Shown here piece after piece: positions 1-9,600 of a stretch of DNA of 33,174 nt (positions within the stretch are counted from its first letter, which is position 1; each line of letters starts with the position of its first letter). The translations under genes were made by a program, and so were the position numbers. The stretch lies in the NCBI GenBank assembly GCA_948472605.1, contig CAOKUH010000002.1, positions 1-33,174 of the forward strand, given 5' to 3'. The notes beneath the pieces are model-generated. The model searched no databases, was not told the origin of the DNA, and worked only from the letters and a program-made list of their open reading frames with translations. The DNA is from an uncultured Mycoplasmatota bacterium. GTDB lineage: Bacteria > Bacillota_I > Bacilli_A > RF39 > UBA660.

Positions 1-24
1 TTTTGTCCTTATAGGCCATGTGAA

Positions 25-47
25 AACCACGTCTTTTAGGCGTGGTT
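25..47 (-). terminator. possible Rho-independent terminator downstream of the transglutaminase-like gene
   Basis: Inverted repeat AACCACG (25-31) / CGTGGTT (41-47) with a 9-nt loop. Read on the minus strand, the hairpin runs into TTTTCA. The stem is short and overlaps the stop codon. Confidence 0.3.
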
Positions 48-1008
48 AGTTATTTGTAAGTTCAGGATAAATACGTTTATTAAATATGTGATCTTTAACA
101 ACAACGTCTCCTTCACTATCAGTTTTAGTAAGTTCTTCACTAGTAATTAGAAAATACTTATGTTGTAAATAATCTTTTCCATCTTCACTTACTGGATCAT
201 CCCAAGTAAGATCTAAATGTAACCATTTATTATCAACAAAAACAGCATTCCAAACATGACCTGAGATATCTTCTTGCATAAGTTCTGTTGCCACTTTAAA
301 GTTTTTGATATTCATTTTTTCTAAGAATAGGGCCATAGCATCAGTATAGCCGCTACAAGTGGCATATCCTTCAATTAAAGGACCATATGCTTTATAAGAA
401 TTATATTTAGATTCTTCTTCATTATTATTTCTTTCAACATCATATTTAGTATTATCTATTATATAATCATGAATAGTTTTAATTTTATCATAATCATTCA
501 TATTATTTATTATTAAATTGTTATATATTTCATCAACTTTTTCATTTATTTTAATTATTTCATCTTCGGTATATAAATAATTAATTGTAATATTTACTTC
601 TCCAGATTCGTATATAGTTGTTTGAATATTGGAAAAACTATTAAATGGATGAACAAAATTATTAATATAAGATAATATTTCTTGATTATTACTAATTGTA
701 CTTACATCATCTGTACATTTTTTATATTCACTAGGGCAATAAAAGGTAAAATTTTTAAGACCACTATTAGTTATAGTATAGTAAATATTTAAAATATCGT
801 TATAACTAAGGGGGATGAAATCATTGGTATTTTGGACATAAATGAAATCGAGATTTCTTTTGTATGTATTGCCATTAGGTGCAATAACACTAGGATTTTT
901 TTCAAGAGAACGAGAGATATAATTAGAAATATCATCTACATAATATAAGCATAAACCTAATATGATTATGCAAATAATTAAAAATAAATTCTTCTTTATT
1001 AATTTCAT
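46..1008 (-). CDS. membrane-anchored transglutaminase-like (Cys-His-Asp core) domain protein
   Basis: 320-aa ORF with an N-terminal TM helix (LFLIICIIILGLCLYYV). The C-terminal part has the transglutaminase-core pattern GYATCSGYTDAMALF ... SGHVWNAVFV ... HLDLTWDD. Confidence 0.75.
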   Translation of the reverse strand: MKLIKKNLFLIICIIILGLCLYYVDDISNYISRSLEKNPSVIAPNGNTYKRNLDFIYVQNTNDFIPLSYNDILNIYYTITNSGLKNFTFYCPSEYKKCTDDVSTISNNQEILSYINNFVHPFNSFSNIQTTIYESGEVNITINYLYTEDEIIKINEKVDEIYNNLIINNMNDYDKIKTIHDYIIDNTKYDVERNNNEEESKYNSYKAYGPLIEGYATCSGYTDAMALFLEKMNIKNFKVATELMQEDISGHVWNAVFVDNKWLHLDLTWDDPVSEDGKDYLQHKYFLITSEELTKTDSEGDVVVKDHIFNKRIYPELTNN

Positions 1009-1059
1009 TTAATCACCCCTTTAATTGTATCATTAAAAAATGAAGTTAGCAAAAAATTG

Positions 1060-1323
1060 TTACTTCATTTCTTTAATTTTACTTGATAATCTAGATTTTT
1101 GTCTAGCAGCTGTATTAGATTTAATTAATCCTTTACTTACTGCATGATCAATATTAGTTTGTGTCTCAGTAAATAAAGATTTAGCTTTTTCGATATCGCC
1201 ATCTTTAATAGCAATATCAGTAGATTTAATTAAATTTTTAACTCTTGCTTTAAGTTCATGATTATTATCTGTTTTCTTAGCAATAACTTTTACTGCCTTC
1301 TTTGAACTTTTTATATTAGGCAT
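1060..1323 (-). CDS. rpsT: 30S ribosomal protein S20 (bS20)
   Basis: MPNIKSSKKAVKV...NTAARQKSRLSSKIKE is typical bS20. The ATG at 1323 is preceded on the minus strand by GGAAAGGAG with 6-nt spacing. The ORF-track start at 1362 adds 13 residues with no RBS, so I trimmed it. Confidence 0.95.
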   Translation of the reverse strand: MPNIKSSKKAVKVIAKKTDNNHELKARVKNLIKSTDIAIKDGDIEKAKSLFTETQTNIDHAVSKGLIKSNTAARQKSRLSSKIKEMK

Positions 1324-1452
1324 AAAAATCTCCTTTCCTAAACTCATAACCAATTCTACCAAAAGTATTACATTTTTGCAAGTATATCACTATATCCTAT
1401 GCGAGTAATTTAAAAAAATTCTGCCATACTAAAAAGTAGAGGAGATGACATT

Positions 1453-2190
1453 GTGAAACAAAAGCTATTTTTGGATGTAGGAATTGATAAAATTGATGCT
1501 AAATATAAGTTAGAAGAAAAGAAAACTAAGGCTTTTAAAACAACTCATTATGTAGTTAGTAAAGAAAATAAAAGAGTAATAAAAAAAGCAATAGGAGATT
1601 ATTATACTATTTTATTTTCTTATGAAAATTTACTAACTAAAAAAACATCTTTAACAAAGGAAGTAGAAAGAATTTTAAAATGTTTTTTAAAACAATATCA
1701 AAAAACGAAAAAAGTTTTAATAGTTGGTATTGGCAATAAAGATGTTTTAGGAGATGCTTTAGGGGTTTTAACAACAGATAAAGTTATAGCAACAAATCAG
1801 TATCAAGATTTTTTAACAATACCTAAAGTAGCATTGTTTAACCCATCAGTAACGGATAAAACAGGGATTAATTCATTTAAACTTATTGAGATGGTTGTTA
1901 ATGACTTAAAACCAGATTTAATTATTATGATTGATTCACTAGCTACTAAAAGTGAAGAATATTTAAATAGTGCTATTGAAATAAATGATGTAGGAATAAT
2001 ACCAGGAAGTGCTCTAAATTCAGCAAAAGAAATAACTTACAAAACATTTAATATACCAGTACTTTCTGTAGGGGTACCACTTTGTTTAGATTTAAATAAA
2101 AAATTTTATACAAGTGTTTTTATAAATGAAGTGATTAATTCATCATCAAATATAATTGCAGAAGCTTTAAATAATGTTTTTATTAAATAA
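1453..2190 (+). CDS. gpr: germination protease GPR (spore endopeptidase), compact form
   Basis: GPR-family blocks are LIVGIGNKDVLGDALG, KPDLIIMIDSLA, INDVGIIPGSA and IPVLSVGVP. GTG start with an AGAGGAG RBS. The gene is divergent from rpsT and upstream of spoIIP, as I recall for Bacillus. Confidence 0.85.
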   Translation: MKQKLFLDVGIDKIDAKYKLEEKKTKAFKTTHYVVSKENKRVIKKAIGDYYTILFSYENLLTKKTSLTKEVERILKCFLKQYQKTKKVLIVGIGNKDVLGDALGVLTTDKVIATNQYQDFLTIPKVALFNPSVTDKTGINSFKLIEMVVNDLKPDLIIMIDSLATKSEEYLNSAIEINDVGIIPGSALNSAKEITYKTFNIPVLSVGVPLCLDLNKKFYTSVFINEVINSSSNIIAEALNNVFIK

Positions 2191-2258
2191 AATATTATTT
2201 TTTTTTTGACAATTTTTTTTCTTTAAAGTGTATATACTTAAGAAAAGGAAATGGTATT

Positions 2259-3206
2259 ATGGCAAAGAGATTGAAAACCAAAAGAAGATTAAAGTTTAGA
2301 TATAAAATAATATTTAGTATGTTAATAATTCTTTTGACTTTTGTTTATATATTTAATATTTTGTATAATAAGTTTTTAATAAATATTGATAATAATACGT
2401 TGATCAATCATTTAGTTGATTATAATTTAAATGTTAAAAAAACTCATAATGTTTTTTATGATATTATGAATTTAAGTAGTACTAATTTTTTACTTAAGTA
2501 TACTTTAGGTGTTGATAATATTAGGGATGAGCCAACGGAGTCAATAAATGGTATTGAATATGGTTATATTGATGATCCTTATAAAACAGAAGTAACGGAA
2601 CCAATTCTATATATTTATAATACACATCAATCAGAAGGATATCAAAAAAGTAATAATGCATCTTATAATATTACGCCGAGTGTTTTAATGGCTTCTTATA
2701 TCCTTCGAGAGTCCTTGAATGATTTAGGAATACCTTCTTTAGTTGAGACTAATGATATTGCGGAATTATTACGAATTAATAGTTGGAAATATTCTTACTC
2801 CTATGCAGCATCTAAGATTCTTTTAGAAGATGCAATAAAGAAAAATAATAGTTTAACTTATTTTATTGATTTGCATCGAGATGCGGCCTCTTATGAAGCA
2901 ACTACCACCACGATAGATAATAAAAAATATGCTAAAGTGTTATTTGTGATTGGAAAAGATCATGAAAATTATGAAAAAAATTTGAAAATGGCAGAAACAA
3001 TTAATAATTATCTTAAAGAAAAATATCCTAGTATAACAAGAGGAATATCGATAAAAGGAGGAAGTGGAGTAAATGGTATTTATAACCAAAATGTAAGTCC
3101 TAATGCTATTTTAGTTGAATTAGGAGGCCAGTTTAATAATATAACAGAGGTAAATAATACAATAAGTGTTTTAGCTGATGCTATTTATAGTTATGTGAAA
3201 GGATGA
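2259..3206 (+). CDS. spoIIP: stage II sporulation protein P (SpoIIP amidase/endopeptidase)
   Basis: N-terminal TM helix, then the SpoIIP blocks ILYIYNTHQSEGY, FIDLHRDA, VLFVIGKDHENYEKN and ILVELGGQFN. Synteny with gpr supports the call. Confidence 0.9.
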   Translation: MAKRLKTKRRLKFRYKIIFSMLIILLTFVYIFNILYNKFLINIDNNTLINHLVDYNLNVKKTHNVFYDIMNLSSTNFLLKYTLGVDNIRDEPTESINGIEYGYIDDPYKTEVTEPILYIYNTHQSEGYQKSNNASYNITPSVLMASYILRESLNDLGIPSLVETNDIAELLRINSWKYSYSYAASKILLEDAIKKNNSLTYFIDLHRDAASYEATTTTIDNKKYAKVLFVIGKDHENYEKNLKMAETINNYLKEKYPSITRGISIKGGSGVNGIYNQNVSPNAILVELGGQFNNITEVNNTISVLADAIYSYVKG

Positions 3207-3210
3207 TTAA

Positions 3211-3540
3211 ATGAAGAAAAAAGAGAAGAAAAATCCTTTTTTTAGAATTCTTGGAGCATTATTTTTAATGTTTATGTGTTTATACTTTATTTTAGAATCA
3301 GGCTATTATGAAGCTAAAATTTCTAAAAAAACAGCGATGACAGAAGAAAGTATAAAACAATTTGAAAATGATATAAAAAATGGTCTTCCTATTGATATTA
3401 ATTCCTATACTTTTAAAGAAAATACTGATTATAGTAATAACACGACAGATACAGCTATATTTATTGGGGAAAAAGTAGAATCTTTTATGTCGGGAGGAAT
3501 AACGGAGATATTTAATATCGTAAAATCATTGTTTACTTAA
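3211..3540 (+). CDS. small membrane protein, YqxA-like by position (follows spoIIP)
   Basis: 109-aa ORF with one TM helix (FFRILGALFLMFMCLYFIL), starting 4 nt after the spoIIP stop and followed by a strong terminator. The YqxA assignment rests only on position, size and topology. Confidence 0.45.
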   Translation: MKKKEKKNPFFRILGALFLMFMCLYFILESGYYEAKISKKTAMTEESIKQFENDIKNGLPIDINSYTFKENTDYSNNTTDTAIFIGEKVESFMSGGITEIFNIVKSLFT

Positions 3541-3571
3541 TACTAGAAATTAAAAATTCTAGTATTTTTTT
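3541..3571 (+). terminator. Rho-independent terminator of the gpr-spoIIP-yqxA-like unit
   Basis: Perfect 8-bp stem TACTAGAA (3541-3548) / TTCTAGTA (3557-3564) with an 8-nt loop, followed by TTTTTTT (3565-3571). Confidence 0.8.
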
Positions 3572-3653
3572 GGAAAAAAATAGTAAGAAAAAAGGAAATC
3601 TCTATTTTTCAGGTAATATAAATTATAGATGGTAAAAAAATAAATATTTTACT

Positions 3654-3681
3654 TTAGTTTGTAATATTTGAATGCTATAAT
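3654..3681 (+). promoter_or_regulatory. putative sigma-A promoter for dnaE-polC
   Basis: Extended -10 TGcTATAAT (TG 3673-3674, TATAAT 3676-3681). The -35 is weak (TTAGTT at 3654-3659, 16-nt spacer). Confidence 0.35.
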
Positions 3682-3721
3682 ATTTATAGCAAAAAACCAT
3701 ATGGGGGAGGGAATTTTAAAA

Positions 3722-6625
3722 ATGTATGTTCCACTTAAAATAACTACTGATTATACTTTATTAAAAAGTATGATAAAAATTGATGACTTAATAAAATTCT
3801 CTTTGGAAAATAAAATTGAAGCATTAGGGATATGTGATGAGAACTTATCAGGAGTGATGGAGTTTTATAATAAATGTTTAGAAAATAATATAAAGCCAAT
3901 AATTGGGTTAGAAATAGTAATTGAAGAGTTGTCCATTTATTTATATGCAAAAGATTATATAGGCTATCAAACCTTACTTAAATTAAATACAATTAGTGGA
4001 GAAAGAATAAATTTAGATGATTTAAGAAAATATAGCGATAATGTTTTAGTAATTTTACCATACAAATCTATATCTTTTTATAGTAAATTAAATAATATTT
4101 ATGAAGATATTTATTTAGGCTATCAAACAGAGATAGAAAAAGCATCTTGTTTATTAATCTCTTCTAATATAGTTTTTATAAATAATATTTGTGCATTAAA
4201 AAAGGAAGATACTAGCTATTTGAACTATTTAAATATGATTAGGGAAGATACAAAGATAAATGATTATACTTTTAAAAATTATGATGTAAATAGTTTTATT
4301 CTGGATATTTCTTTAGACGATGAAAAAAAGATAAATGAAGTAGCAAATTTATTAAATGTTGTGATACCAAAGTATAACTTGCATGTTCCTACATATAATG
4401 AAGAAATAGAAGATTCTTTTGCCTATTTATGTAATTTAACGAAAAAGGGACTTAGTAAAAGATTAAATGATAATGTTTTAGAAAGTTATACTAAACGTTT
4501 AGAATATGAATTAGATGTTATAAAAAAAATGGGTTTTGTAGATTACATTTTAATAGTTTATGATTACGTTTTGTTTGCTAAAAAAAATAATGTATTTGTT
4601 GGTCCTGGAAGAGGAAGTGCAGCAGGATCATTAGTTTGTTATACTCTAGGAATAACCGATATTGATCCTTTAAAATATAATTTATTATTTGAAAGATTTT
4701 TAAATTCGGAACGAATAACTATGCCTGATATTGATATAGACTTTGAAAATACAAAAAGGGGAGAAGTAATTCAGTATATAAAATCGCGTTATGGTAAAGA
4801 TAAAGTGGCTTCAATATTAACATTTGCCACTTTAAAAAGTAAATTAGTAATTAGAGAAATAGCGAGAGTTTTAGATTATAATGATAAAGATTTAGAAATT
4901 TTGGTAAAAGAAATATCTTCGACGATGAATTTAGAAGAGAATCTGAAACAAAATAATGTTTTAGCTAAATTGACCAATAAAGATTTAAAAAAAATATATA
5001 AGATTGCTTTGAAATTAGAGGGTTTAAAAAAGAATATTTCAACTCATGCAGCAGGTGTTGTTATATCTAATACTCCTTTAGAAACACTTATTCCTATTAT
5101 TCAGATAAATGATACAACATTAACTGGTATAACAATGGAATATTTAGAAGAATTAGGTCTTCTAAAAATGGATTTATTAGCTATAAAAAATTTAACTATT
5201 ATTGCTAATATTTTAGAATTAATAAAAAAAGATACGGGAAAAAATATTGCATTAAATAAAATTGATTTAAATGACCAACAAGTAATAAATTTATTTACTA
5301 AAGCAGATACTACAGGGATATTTCAATTTGAAAGTAATGGAATGCGTAATTTTTTACAAAAATTAAAGCCTCGTAACTTTAATGACTTAATTGCATCTCT
5401 TGCTCTTTATCGACCAGGTCCTATGGATAATATTGGCACCTTTATTAAAAGAAAAGAAGGTTTGGAAAAAATAGATTATTTAGTTCCATCATTAGAGCCA
5501 ATCTTAAAAGAAACAGAGGGAATTATTGTATATCAAGAACAAGTAATGCAAATATTAGTAACTATTGGAAGTTATAGTTTTGCTGAGGCTGATCTTGTAA
5601 GAAGGGCTATGAGTAAAAAGAAAAAAGATGTGATGGCTTTAGAACGAGATAAATTTATTAAGCGAGCAATAAAAAATGGATATAAAAAAGAGGTGAGTGA
5701 AAAACTATTTAATTATATTTTAAAGTTTGCAGGATATGGCTTTAATAAATCTCATTCAGTATCTTATGCTTTAATTGGTTATCAGATGGCCTTTTTAAAA
5801 GTTAAATTTCCCAAATATTTCATAACAAATTTACTTAATATGAGTATTGCATCCGAGGCTAAAACAAAAGAATATTTAATAGAAGCTAAACGCCATAATT
5901 TAAATATTATTCATCCCGATATAAATATTAGTTATTATGATTATGTAATAAGAGGTAATGATTTAGTCTTACCTTTATCTATCATTAAAGGGATAAATAG
6001 AATAACTATCGAAAATATAATAGATGAAAGAACAAAAAATGGTGAATTTTTAGACTTTGTTTCTTTTATTAAAAGAATGTATAATAAAAATATAAATGAA
6101 AAAATAATAATTATATTAATAAATGCAGGAGTATTTTCTAATTTTGCTAATAAAACAACTTTAAAAGAAAACTTAAGTATAGTTTTAAACTATGCATCAA
6201 TTGCATCAGAAATAGACTCACCATTAATAATGCCTCCTGTATTAAAAGAATATGAAGAAAATGAAATAGAACATGCTTTAGAACTAGAAAGTTTTGGATT
6301 TTATATAACTAATCATCCTACTAGTGTCTATCATGATAATAGTTTGACTAAATTAAATAATATAGAAAATTCTTTTGATAAATATATAAAATGTATAGTT
6401 CTTATCGAAACAATTAAAAGAACTAAAACAAAAAATAATGAAGATATGGCTTTTATTGCAGCAAGTGATGAAACAGGAATTTCTAATTTCGTCGTCTTTA
6501 ATCGCCAGATAAGATTGTTAGATAATTTAAAACCTAAAGATATAGTTATGATTCAGGGAAGAGTAACAAAAAGATTTGATAAATATCAAATAAATGTTAA
6601 TAATATAATAAAAAATAAAAAGTAG
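3722..6625 (+). CDS. dnaE: DNA polymerase III alpha subunit, DnaE type
   Basis: DnaE blocks are GPGRGSAAGSLVCYTLGITDIDPL, MPDIDIDF, HAAGVVIS, GLLKMDLLAIKNL and FNKSHSVSYA, with a C-terminal OB-like segment. The ATG at 3722 is preceded by a GGGGGAGGG RBS. The TTG at 3668 in the ORF track is an upstream extension. Confidence 0.95.
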   Translation: MYVPLKITTDYTLLKSMIKIDDLIKFSLENKIEALGICDENLSGVMEFYNKCLENNIKPIIGLEIVIEELSIYLYAKDYIGYQTLLKLNTISGERINLDDLRKYSDNVLVILPYKSISFYSKLNNIYEDIYLGYQTEIEKASCLLISSNIVFINNICALKKEDTSYLNYLNMIREDTKINDYTFKNYDVNSFILDISLDDEKKINEVANLLNVVIPKYNLHVPTYNEEIEDSFAYLCNLTKKGLSKRLNDNVLESYTKRLEYELDVIKKMGFVDYILIVYDYVLFAKKNNVFVGPGRGSAAGSLVCYTLGITDIDPLKYNLLFERFLNSERITMPDIDIDFENTKRGEVIQYIKSRYGKDKVASILTFATLKSKLVIREIARVLDYNDKDLEILVKEISSTMNLEENLKQNNVLAKLTNKDLKKIYKIALKLEGLKKNISTHAAGVVISNTPLETLIPIIQINDTTLTGITMEYLEELGLLKMDLLAIKNLTIIANILELIKKDTGKNIALNKIDLNDQQVINLFTKADTTGIFQFESNGMRNFLQKLKPRNFNDLIASLALYRPGPMDNIGTFIKRKEGLEKIDYLVPSLEPILKETEGIIVYQEQVMQILVTIGSYSFAEADLVRRAMSKKKKDVMALERDKFIKRAIKNGYKKEVSEKLFNYILKFAGYGFNKSHSVSYALIGYQMAFLKVKFPKYFITNLLNMSIASEAKTKEYLIEAKRHNLNIIHPDINISYYDYVIRGNDLVLPLSIIKGINRITIENIIDERTKNGEFLDFVSFIKRMYNKNINEKIIIILINAGVFSNFANKTTLKENLSIVLNYASIASEIDSPLIMPPVLKEYEENEIEHALELESFGFYITNHPTSVYHDNSLTKLNNIENSFDKYIKCIVLIETIKRTKTKNNEDMAFIAASDETGISNFVVFNRQIRLLDNLKPKDIVMIQGRVTKRFDKYQINVNNIIKNKK

Positions 6626-6640
6626 AAAGAGTTGTTGTTG

Positions 6641-9600
6641 ATGAATGAAGAATTAAAACGTTTTTTTAATAGTATTTTATATACTCCTAAAGAAGATATA
6701 TATACAAATGCAGAAGTAAAAAAAGTTATATATATAAAACAAAAAGACACTTATGAAGTGCATTTAAATATTCTAGATGTTTTACCAATGAATGAAGTAA
6801 TTGAACTTTTTAATCATGCTAAAGAAGGTATAAAAAAAGAAAAGAAATGTATGATACGTCTTAATTATCAAAATGTTACTTCTAAAGATGTTTTAAATTA
6901 TTTAAAAGAATTAATAAATGAATTAATATCTAAAAGACCATCTTTAGTAAATTTAAAAGATGCTAAGTTAAGTATTGATGATGAAATTATTACGATAGAA
7001 GTAGGAACAAAATTAGAAAGTTTAGAAGTAAAAAAAGAAGCTAAATGGTTAACTAATAAATTATTTATATATGGTTTAGGAGAATATGAAATAACAAGTA
7101 TTTTAAATGAAGAGTTGAATAAACAAGTAAAGGAAGATATTGAAAAATCTTATATTAATGAAATACCAATAATTGAAAATAATTCTAATAAAGAGGAAAG
7201 TTCTATTGAAGGGGATGTCACAACTATTAGTAATATAATTGGAGAAATACCAAAAGTTATAATTGAGGCATATATCTTTGGAATAGAAGAAAAAGAGTTT
7301 GAGAAAACTAATTTGATTACTTTAAAAATCAGTGATAAAACTAATAGTTTAATTGCGAAAATGTTTAAAAGAGATAAGAGTGATTTTAAAAATACTTTGA
7401 AGCAGTTAAAAGAAGGAAATTGGTATCGTTTTCAAGGTAAAGTTGAATTTGATACTTTTAGTAAAGATCATGTTTTAAGTATTAGAAAATTCGAAAGTAT
7501 ACCTAGTAAAGAAGAAATAACGAAAGAATTAACTGATAATCCTAGAGTAGAATTACATGCTCATACAATGATGAGTGCTATGGATGGGGTTATTGAAGCT
7601 AAAGCTCTTGTTAAACATGCAATCAAAATGGGTCAGAAATCAATAGCTGTAACAGATCATAATTGTTGTCAAAGTTTTCCTGAATTATATCATGCTGTTT
7701 GTGATAATAATAAAGGTAAAGAAGGTAGTGATCGATTTAAAGTATTATATGGTGTAGAGATAAATGTAGTAAATGATGATGTAGATATAATATTTAATAA
7801 TAAAACTTATAATTTGCTAGAAGATACTTTTGTTGTATTCGATACAGAAACCACTGGTTTTTATGCTGGCTCTGATCAAATGATAGAAATTGGGGCTGTA
7901 AAAATAAAAAATGGAGAGATAATTGAAAGATTTGATGAATTAATTGATCCTCATCGTCCTATTCCTAAAAAAATAACTGAATTAACTTTTATAACAGATG
8001 AAATGTTAAGTGGTTGTGATAATGAAGAAAATGTTACAAAGAGATTTCTAGAATGGGTAGGGGATTTACCTTTAATTGCTCATAATGCTAAATTTGATAT
8101 TTCATTCATGAAAGCTGCTTGTAATAAATATAATTTAAAGGAATTTTCTTATACTGTTTTAGATACGATGAGTATAGCTCGTATGTTGCATCCAGAATGG
8201 CCTAATCATAAATTACAAACTTTAACTAAAAAACTTGATATTCCTTGGGATGAAGATAAACATCATAGAGCAGATTATGATGCTGAGGGTACAGCTTTAG
8301 CTTATTATAAAATGGCCAAATCTTTGTATGACCAAAATATAAGCACAACAGATGAATTATTAGCAAATATTGATATTGAATCATTGATTAAATTTTCTTA
8401 TCCTTTTCATGCAACAGCAATAGCTAAAAATAGAGAAGGCTTAAAGAATTTATTTAAAATAATATCTCTTGCTAATACTAAATATTTATATAAAAATGAA
8501 CAACCAAAAATTCCTCGTAAAGAATTTAATGAGCTTAGAGAAGGATTACTTATAGGCTCTGGATGTATTAATGGCGAAATATTTGACAAAGCTAAAGGCT
8601 TAGAAGATGAAGAATTAGTTAATATGATGAATTTTTATGATTATATTGAAGTTCAACCAGTTAGTGCATTCTCTCATTTAATTGGACCAGAGGCTAGATT
8701 TTTAACTACTAATGAAGCTGAAAATTATTTAAGTAGAATAATTAGAGTAGGTAAAGAAGCTGGTAAGCCAGTTGTTGTAACAGGAGATGTTCATAATTTA
8801 AAAAAGGAAGATAAAATTTATCGTGAAATCATTATTAACCAAAAATTCAATGGTAAATTACATCCTTTAAAACGTAGAGGAATAGAAGTGCCTAATCAGT
8901 ATTTAAAAACTACAGAAGAAATGATGGAAGATTTTTCATTTTTAGATGAAGAGATTAGGAAAGAAATAATTATTGATAATACTAATAAAATTGCTGATAT
9001 GGTAGAAGAAATAGAAGTTATTATTGATACTCCTAATCCTTTTGCTCCTAGAATTCCCAATTCTGTTATGACTATGACAGAGCTTGTTTATAGTAAAGCG
9101 GATGAATTATATGGGAATCCTTTACCCTTAAATATCGAAGAACGTTTGGCCAAAGAGTTATATGGGGAAAGTATTATTAATGCTTGTAAAAGCGAAGAAC
9201 GTGATGAGGTTATGGCATTTAAGTTAGTTCATGACATCATTTTAAAAGGTAAAGAAGCTGTAAAAGATATGGTGAAAAAACATTTAAGTGAAGATGATAT
9301 AGCTGATAAAACTTTAGAGGAAATAGATAAATTAGCTTATAAAAATTTAGGTGGTATTATTGGAGCTAATTATGATGTTATTTATCTTATTGCCCAAAAA
9401 TTAGTTAAGCATTCAAATGATGAAGGGTTTTTAGTAGGATCACGTGGTTCTGTTGGGTCATCTTTTGTTGCTAATATGATGGGGATAACTGAGGTTAATA
9501 GTATGCCTGCTCATTATCGTTGTCCAAAATGTAAAATGAGTATTTTTAATGACGATGAAAACAAAGCTTTAGGTATTACTTATTCTTGTGGGTTCGATTT

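Noticed and set aside
1401-1431. There could be a forespore sigma-F/G promoter for gpr, given the CATACTA -10-like element at 1425-1431.
   Set aside because: Only the -10-like heptamer is present. I could not find a convincing GnATA-type -35 at the expected 17-18 nt spacing, so the call is not supportable from sequence alone.
3668-3721. N-terminal extensions from non-ATG starts in the ORF track: dnaE TTG 3668, polC TTG 6632, transporter TTG 11769, DUF45 TTG 20301, and rpsT 1362 on the minus strand.
   Set aside because: In each case an internal ATG with a good Shine-Dalgarno at proper spacing coincides with the start of family homology. The extensions are AT-rich read-through of intergenic DNA.
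3744-3950. Other short ORFs nested inside large genes: 3744..3950, 8407..8589, 9761..10048, 12986..13183, 15746..15952, 16127..16330, 22889..23128 and 29563..29763.
   Set aside because: All lie within, and mostly antisense to, well-supported genes (dnaE, polC, the transporter, DUF368, the trmD-downstream ORF, paralog 2). None has an RBS or a recognisable motif, so they are shadow ORFs.
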